The notes beneath the pieces were generated by a model. That model was given only the letters and a program-made list of their open reading frames with translations. It did not search any database and was not told the DNA's origin. A stretch of DNA of 64,000 nt from Lingula anatina (lineage: Eukaryota; Animalia; Brachiopoda). The stretch spans positions 13,144,001 to 13,208,000 of the forward strand of contig CM120649.1 of NCBI GenBank assembly GCA_051362555.1, given 5' to 3'. The position numbers were made by a program, and so were the translations under genes. Below are positions 58,210 through 64,000 of the stretch, one piece after another (position 1 is the stretch's first letter; each line of letters begins with the position of its first letter).

Positions 58210-60745
58210 AATGATTACGTACTGCTGCAGTCAATAAAGTCTGGGATCCACCTTGTCTTGGAAACACAACGGACGCGTCGACTAACGTCACCATCGGGGA
58301 AAACGGAGCCGTTTAAGCAGGAATATACCACCCATTTATTGTACAAAACAATTATGGGTTTGCTGACAATGGTAATCTCGGTAACATCGTTTGGAATTGT
58401 ACAAACTATCACTGAAATAAAAGACGAGCATGATAATTGTGCTTGAGAAACAAGGTATAAACCCGTCCTACTTCTTATATATAATTTTGAGTCTTTACCA
58501 ATTGATGAATGAAACTGTCGGATAATATAGATATGCGCCTTCATGGAAAATGTGGAAAATGATCACAATAGTTCACAAAAGTAAACAATCGAATTAAACA
58601 TAGTCTGGGTCAGAAGTACAATAGATATATGTACCCTGGAGGCCATTTATGTCAATTCAAGCTATCCAATCTTTAAGACACTTTCATATTGTCTGGTTTA
58701 ACGTCACAGAATGAGCAGTATGACCTTCACAGATAAAATATAATAAAAGTTCTGGAAAATTCAACTTTATCGCTAAGCGCACATGCTACTACCAGTACAC
58801 TTTGTTCACAATCGTTAAAAATATTTGTGATCTATTCACTATTTTGGAGTTTAAATTTCTAATTGTGATTGAAAAGCTAAAAATATAAGGCCTGTCAATG
58901 GTTTTGGATATATTAGGCCTGTACGTGGGTGATCAACAGAAAGTGCTGAAATTTCCAAGGAAAATAAAATGTTGCTATGCAAAGGTCCAATGATTATCAT
59001 ATAGATTCAAAATCTGTCCAAGTCGTACTTACGTTCACACTGGACGTCAAAGTTGCTCCACGTCCCGTTGTTCAGGCACTCAATTGCACCGGAAGTTGAC
59101 GTACTGACCAGCGCATAGCCCTCATCACAGGTGTATTGTGCCACAGTCCCAGTGGCAGTTTTGTTAGTGCTGTAAGACGCATGGGGTATCTCCGGTACAC
59201 GTGGACATTCTGAAGGAACGCTGGTCGTGTGAGTGTTTGGAATCGTTGTATTGCCCTCACCAATTGTCGGTGCGGTAGTGGTACTGTCTTCTGTTGACAG
59301 GTGGGTGAAATTATTCGATGTTTCAGTGTGGCTGAAAACGCCAGTCGCTGCCGTTGTTGCAGTGGATATTGAAGGCAACATGTCGCTGTCTAAGACGCCA
59401 GGAAGCGTTTGAATCGAGCTGCGGTCAACAGAAAAAGCAACAGAAACACCAGTCGCTGTCGTTGTTGCAGTGAATACCGTAGATAAGCCTAACGACTGGT
59501 ATGTGTTAGTTGCGACTGAAGACACAGCATGACTCAGAACTCCCGGGGACACCGAGGGCGATGCCATGAATGGACCAAGGGTGGAGCCGCTGTTGGATGA
59601 GACGCCAGACTGCCAAACTTCTTGCAAGTAGCTAGTCGTGGCAATATGGGTATCTGTGTCACCACCATTAGTCACAGACGATGTGTATGTGGTGGTTTTG
59701 TTGCTAGAAAGTGGGATTGGTGATATGGCATTTGTGCGGAAACTCGGTGTTTCCAAAAAAATCATATCTGATTGGGAGTTGAACGTTGGGATGGCCATAG
59801 GTTGTGAAGTACTGATACTGGAATCAGCGTATATCACAGTTGGCTTATTTAAGTTTGATTCAACTTGGAATGTAGTCTCTGTCCAGCTAGGATATACCAT
59901 CGATGAATCAAGTATTTGCGTGGGGGCGGTTGCTGTATTAAACCAAGCCGAGTCGCTAATTTGTGTACCGTCAATTTGGGCACTGATATATGTGCTGTCA
60001 GCGTACTGAACCGAAGGTTCGACGTTTTGAATAAATGGAACACTGGTGATGTAACTCTCTGCGGTAAGCAGAGCAGAATTTACCTCAGAATATACGTCAC
60101 TGATAACAGTGGTGACGTCATAGGTTATAGTGTTGAGTGAGCTCTCTGTTGGATATATACTGTCGTCATTGATAATAAAAGTGGTATGTGAACTCTCCAT
60201 GGAAATGCCAGTGTTCGAAATAATTGCGCTGGAACTTTCATCCCTGTCAAGGAGAGGTACTCTGCTGGCGTCAACAATGTTAGCGTCAAGGGTATTTTCT
60301 GGTTTTTGTACTGTTGGACAGAAGCCAAAGCAAGCACACGCATGTATATAAAAACATGTTGGAATACGCATGATTTTCAGAAAAACTTTACCACAATCAA
60401 CAACAAGTAAAATGTTTTACTGTTCAGACACGTTATAAGAAGCATCACAAAACTGCTCCCTTATAGTTCCGTGCTTTGGGCATATTTATCACGTTAAACA
60501 CGGGCTCTACAGTCGAGAGACGTTCTTACGGGAAGCTTCGTTTAAATAGGTAATCTTTTGTATCTAATGTAAGAATAGTTGACAAGTATTGAGAAAAATA
60601 TTTCTGTCTTAACAATTAAAGCAAAATGAAAAAAAATGCGATTTTATTGTGTGTATATTTCATTAATTATAAGTACGTACTTATACGCTACCAAGATACA
60701 ATTAACACACATACACGCACATACGAAAGTATACATGCATACACT

Positions 60746-60791
<46 letters not shown>

Positions 60792-63471
60792 GCTTACGTA
60801 CCCATGGAAAATGTTGCCAAAAACCCATTTCTCTCAGCCAGCTTTGTATGATCCGCGTAGAAAGAGATCCACAAAGAGGAAGCATTCACAACACTTGGAA
60901 TCCTGTTTTGACACACTTCTGCGAGTAGAGTGCCGACTTGAGATTGTTCTCTCACCTTGATTGTCAATGGAAAAGGACGATAAAAAGCTTCGTTTAAATA
61001 GGTATTCTCTTCTATCTAACGTAAGAATAGTTGACAAGTGTATCGTTGCCAAAGGTACCCATCTTTCTGAGCTCACGAATCAGTTATGTGATCAAGGTCC
61101 TTTGCCAAAGCGTCTAAACGTCTTGTCTCATAGGAGAAAAACAATTTGCTTTATGGTATGCATATTATATATGTTGTGAAAATGTCGTTTACATCTACTC
61201 CATTTACATATAGTGTAGTAGCAGCACCAATGAATGAATTCAGATGACAAACTCAATGTATGCAGATTGATTGATAATTGGACAGTTAAGGCCGCTTTAA
61301 TTTATACCAAAATCTCTAATGAAAACTAATTGACATTGGAATCAAAACGATAAAGAAACAATTTTGCTTAGAATTGTTCGTAAACAAACAACAACATCAC
61401 GGAATGCAGAATGATACAAAATCTATCAAAACATGAACTATTTTTACCTGAACGTAATCTTGGCAGGGTGAATTGTTGTCATAATCCAAATCTACATGTG
61501 TAAATTCAAGCACCACTGTTTCGTCTGTTCTGGTAGTTGATATTTCAAACACACAAAAACAGTTGGTCTCGTAGGCTAACGGGTAGCCGGGAGATGAGAT
61601 ATTTCCAGACTGGTCAATGTATGTACCGCCGCAATCTGAAAAGAAAAAAAATGAAGGTTGTTGACTGCAGTTCATATAGTTGGCGACGGAACTGGCAGGT
61701 TTTAGACGAGAGATATGCTAAATCACGTTGAGCGTTAGACAATTATTCTGTAGAAAAGTGACATATTTTAGCTCTGGCAAGAATTCTTATAGGCAATTGA
61801 TGAATTTTTAACTGAGGATTTAACACACGGCGGGGAAATTCTGCTAATGGATCACGTAAGTTCTCGAAGAAATACCAGAAATTTTGGATACGTATCTGTA
61901 GCAAATCGTCATGTACTGCCTTGGTGTAAGCCAAGTGGCGTTTTAAGGTCTTATGGGTCACTCATAACATTGGAATTAAAACAGGTTGACCATGACAGGG
62001 GGAAGTGAAGATATCGATCGCGAGAAAAACAGAAAAAAAAGCATACATGTATTTGATGCAGCCGTATGGCAAGCTGTGTGTCTAAGAACCGGTTTTAGAA
62101 ATTTAGTTTAGACCGAAATTTGTCCTTTACTGTTGTCATTCGAATAAGTCATCTCAGATAAAACGACCATTGGTATTTAAACATAACCGTTCCATTTATT
62201 TCCTAATTAAAGCAGACTCGATGTTTCATTCTACTGATTCAACCTGGACCAAAGTAGAATAAGAATTGAACTTAAAGTTGGAACCAACTTAAAGGGATAA
62301 CAAGTTTTACAACTGTTCGCAAGATATCCATATTTCACTATAAATACATTGTAAACAACTCACATATATAAAATATAATCTATTTTACCACCAAAACGGC
62401 AGTTAACGCATTTATTCTGGAGTTTGTGCTTGCCATCACATCACTTAACCTCCATAGATGTCTACGCTCTGTAATAATCCCCAAAGAGAATATTACATAA
62501 AACCAAACTTTTTGGAATAAACCAGGGACTAACTTTGAATGTGGGAATGGATTCATTAACCATTGGGAAATATGAGAAAATTGTCCTTTACTCCAGGAAA
62601 ATTCACTTTTTGGCCAAAATGAACAAATGTTATCCCTTTAAGGTCTGAATCAACTTTCGTAAAACCCGTCCCAAGATAAAGGACTAACCGTTGTTGACCT
62701 CAATGGTGGCATAAAATCCTTGCTTCGTTACCGTATTATCCGAAATCAACAGCAAACGAATCCCTGTGTTGGTCAGCATTGTCAGACCAGTCCTAAAGCC
62801 GCAGAGACCAACCATGTACTTGTCGTAAGTGTAGTCAAACCACTGAAATAAAATGAATTGTAATGAAAGAGATAATATTTTTGCACCAGGCCCCTCAAGC
62901 ATATATCTAGCCGTGTGACGAGCCCCTCGGATCACTGGCCCTCACTTCTCAGTAGCAGTTGCATCGATTGCAACGGTGGCTCGTCGATGCATTTAACTAC
63001 TTCGCAAGTTTTGTGTTAGGTGTTCATTTTCCCTTACAAAATAATTTTTAGTATTTGCTTGATTTTACTATGTTCAGATATAAAAAATTTGCACTTATTT
63101 GTATCAAAATTGAATCACAGATTTTATTTACATGTGAACATTCACAAATCATAGACTTTATTTACCTGTGATCATTCACAAATCTTAAAAGTCGACCCAG
63201 ACATCATTGCTCACCTTCAACATATCGTAAGGGCAACCACTGCCAGATTCAATATCGAAGATTGAAAACCGGAGCCTGATGGAGGACCCGTTAGTCAGAG
63301 GCTTGATGACGTACAGGCAGTTTACGCTAACTGGGTAATTACTTGGATAATTGGGAGAAGCGACTTGAAGCGCCCCCTCCGGCACTACCTCGTCACAGTC
63401 GGCTGCAGTACAAAAATATGCTTCTTTTCGTGAACGATGTCTGTCAGTCTATCCATCAATCTCTCTCACTC

Positions 63472-63522
<51 letters not shown>

Positions 63523-63762
63523 CCCCAAATAAAAATGTCAACATCAAACTTATTTCCTTGTACCGTTAAGCATGCATACATTATGCTAAATTCCCCAATA
63601 TATAAGAAACATACCATTCAAAGTGTTAAATGTGGCTGAAAATCCAGGCGATGAGCGGATTGAGTCGGTTTCGAAAATCACCTCATAACCAAGTGCATGG
63701 ATATCGTGCATAGCGTACTCTCCACATAGACGGAAAAGCCTCCACCCGGTCAGTGTGTTGAC
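57026..63762 (-). CDS. CUB- and sushi-domain membrane protein with Ser/Thr-rich mucin-like stalk (5' part outside window)
   Basis: Phase-compatible exons 63762-63615, 63402-63215, 62842-62689, 61635-61448, 60955-60802 (CUB halves: SPNYPSNY, CGG..SPGYP, TD/SD..GFxATF), 60310-59033 (S/T-rich + sushi), 58411-58223 (sushi), 57288-57026 (TM + basic tail, stop). Confidence 0.85.
57749..57989 (-). mobile_element. Kolobok-like element end, copy B (inverted relative to copy A)
   Basis: Reverse complement aligns to 54092-54337; ends ..GTACCT-TTAA. Confidence 0.6.
58143..58207. repeat. (TA)n microsatellite
   Basis: Direct inspection. Confidence 0.9.
60750..60787. repeat. (CA)n microsatellite
   Basis: Direct inspection. 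Confidence 0.9.
62293..62637. mobile_element. 345-bp Kolobok-type MITE
   Basis: TIRs AGGGATAACA / TGTTATCCCT flanked by TTAA on both sides. Confidence 0.75.
63476..63519. repeat. (TA)n microsatellite
   Basis: Direct inspection. Confidence 0.9.
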
Positions 63763-64000
63763 CTGAGGTGTAGATATAGGAAAATGGAGTCCAAGCTAGG
63801 CCTCGTTTTCTGTTATATATTTCTTTTCTTAATTTTTTTTTAATTTTCTCCGTAAATGCTGAATTATCTTAAAATATACCTGTGCTTAGTAACACGTGAC
63901 ATTTGATAAAGGTGATACGTAGTGAAATCGGTTGCCATTTATTAATAACAGCAACTCTTTGTTCTATACATGAAATTTATCGGGCGCATAAATATAAAAT

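Overview
Eukaryotic, AT-rich invertebrate genomic DNA (likely lophotrochozoan) with GT-AG introns. Most of the window is one 41-exon + strand gene (5760-52375) that I could splice by hand into an open frame of 12,306 nt (~4,101 aa). It encodes a type I membrane protein: signal peptide, three Anakonda/bark beetle-like beta-helix modules with SRCR/CUB-like inserts, C-type lectin, EGF, PSI, an unassigned ~630-aa region, CxC repeats, VWD with GDPH, an EGF array, two cadherin repeats, a TM helix and a short tail. Intron 29 holds an antisense tandem BEL/Pao retrotransposon (LTR-int-LTR-int-LTR, one GTTGA TSD) whose two units carry the same two lesions. Intron 30 holds a deleted PIF/Harbinger-type transposon with two nested MITEs. 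The window starts in the 3' end of a Gypsy element with apparently non-canonical TAGA...TCTA LTR ends, and ends in a convergent CUB/mucin-like/sushi membrane-protein gene. RTE and L1 LINE remnants, Helentron-like and Kolobok-like elements, and microsatellites are scattered throughout. All calls are from reading motifs by eye; no database searches were run.
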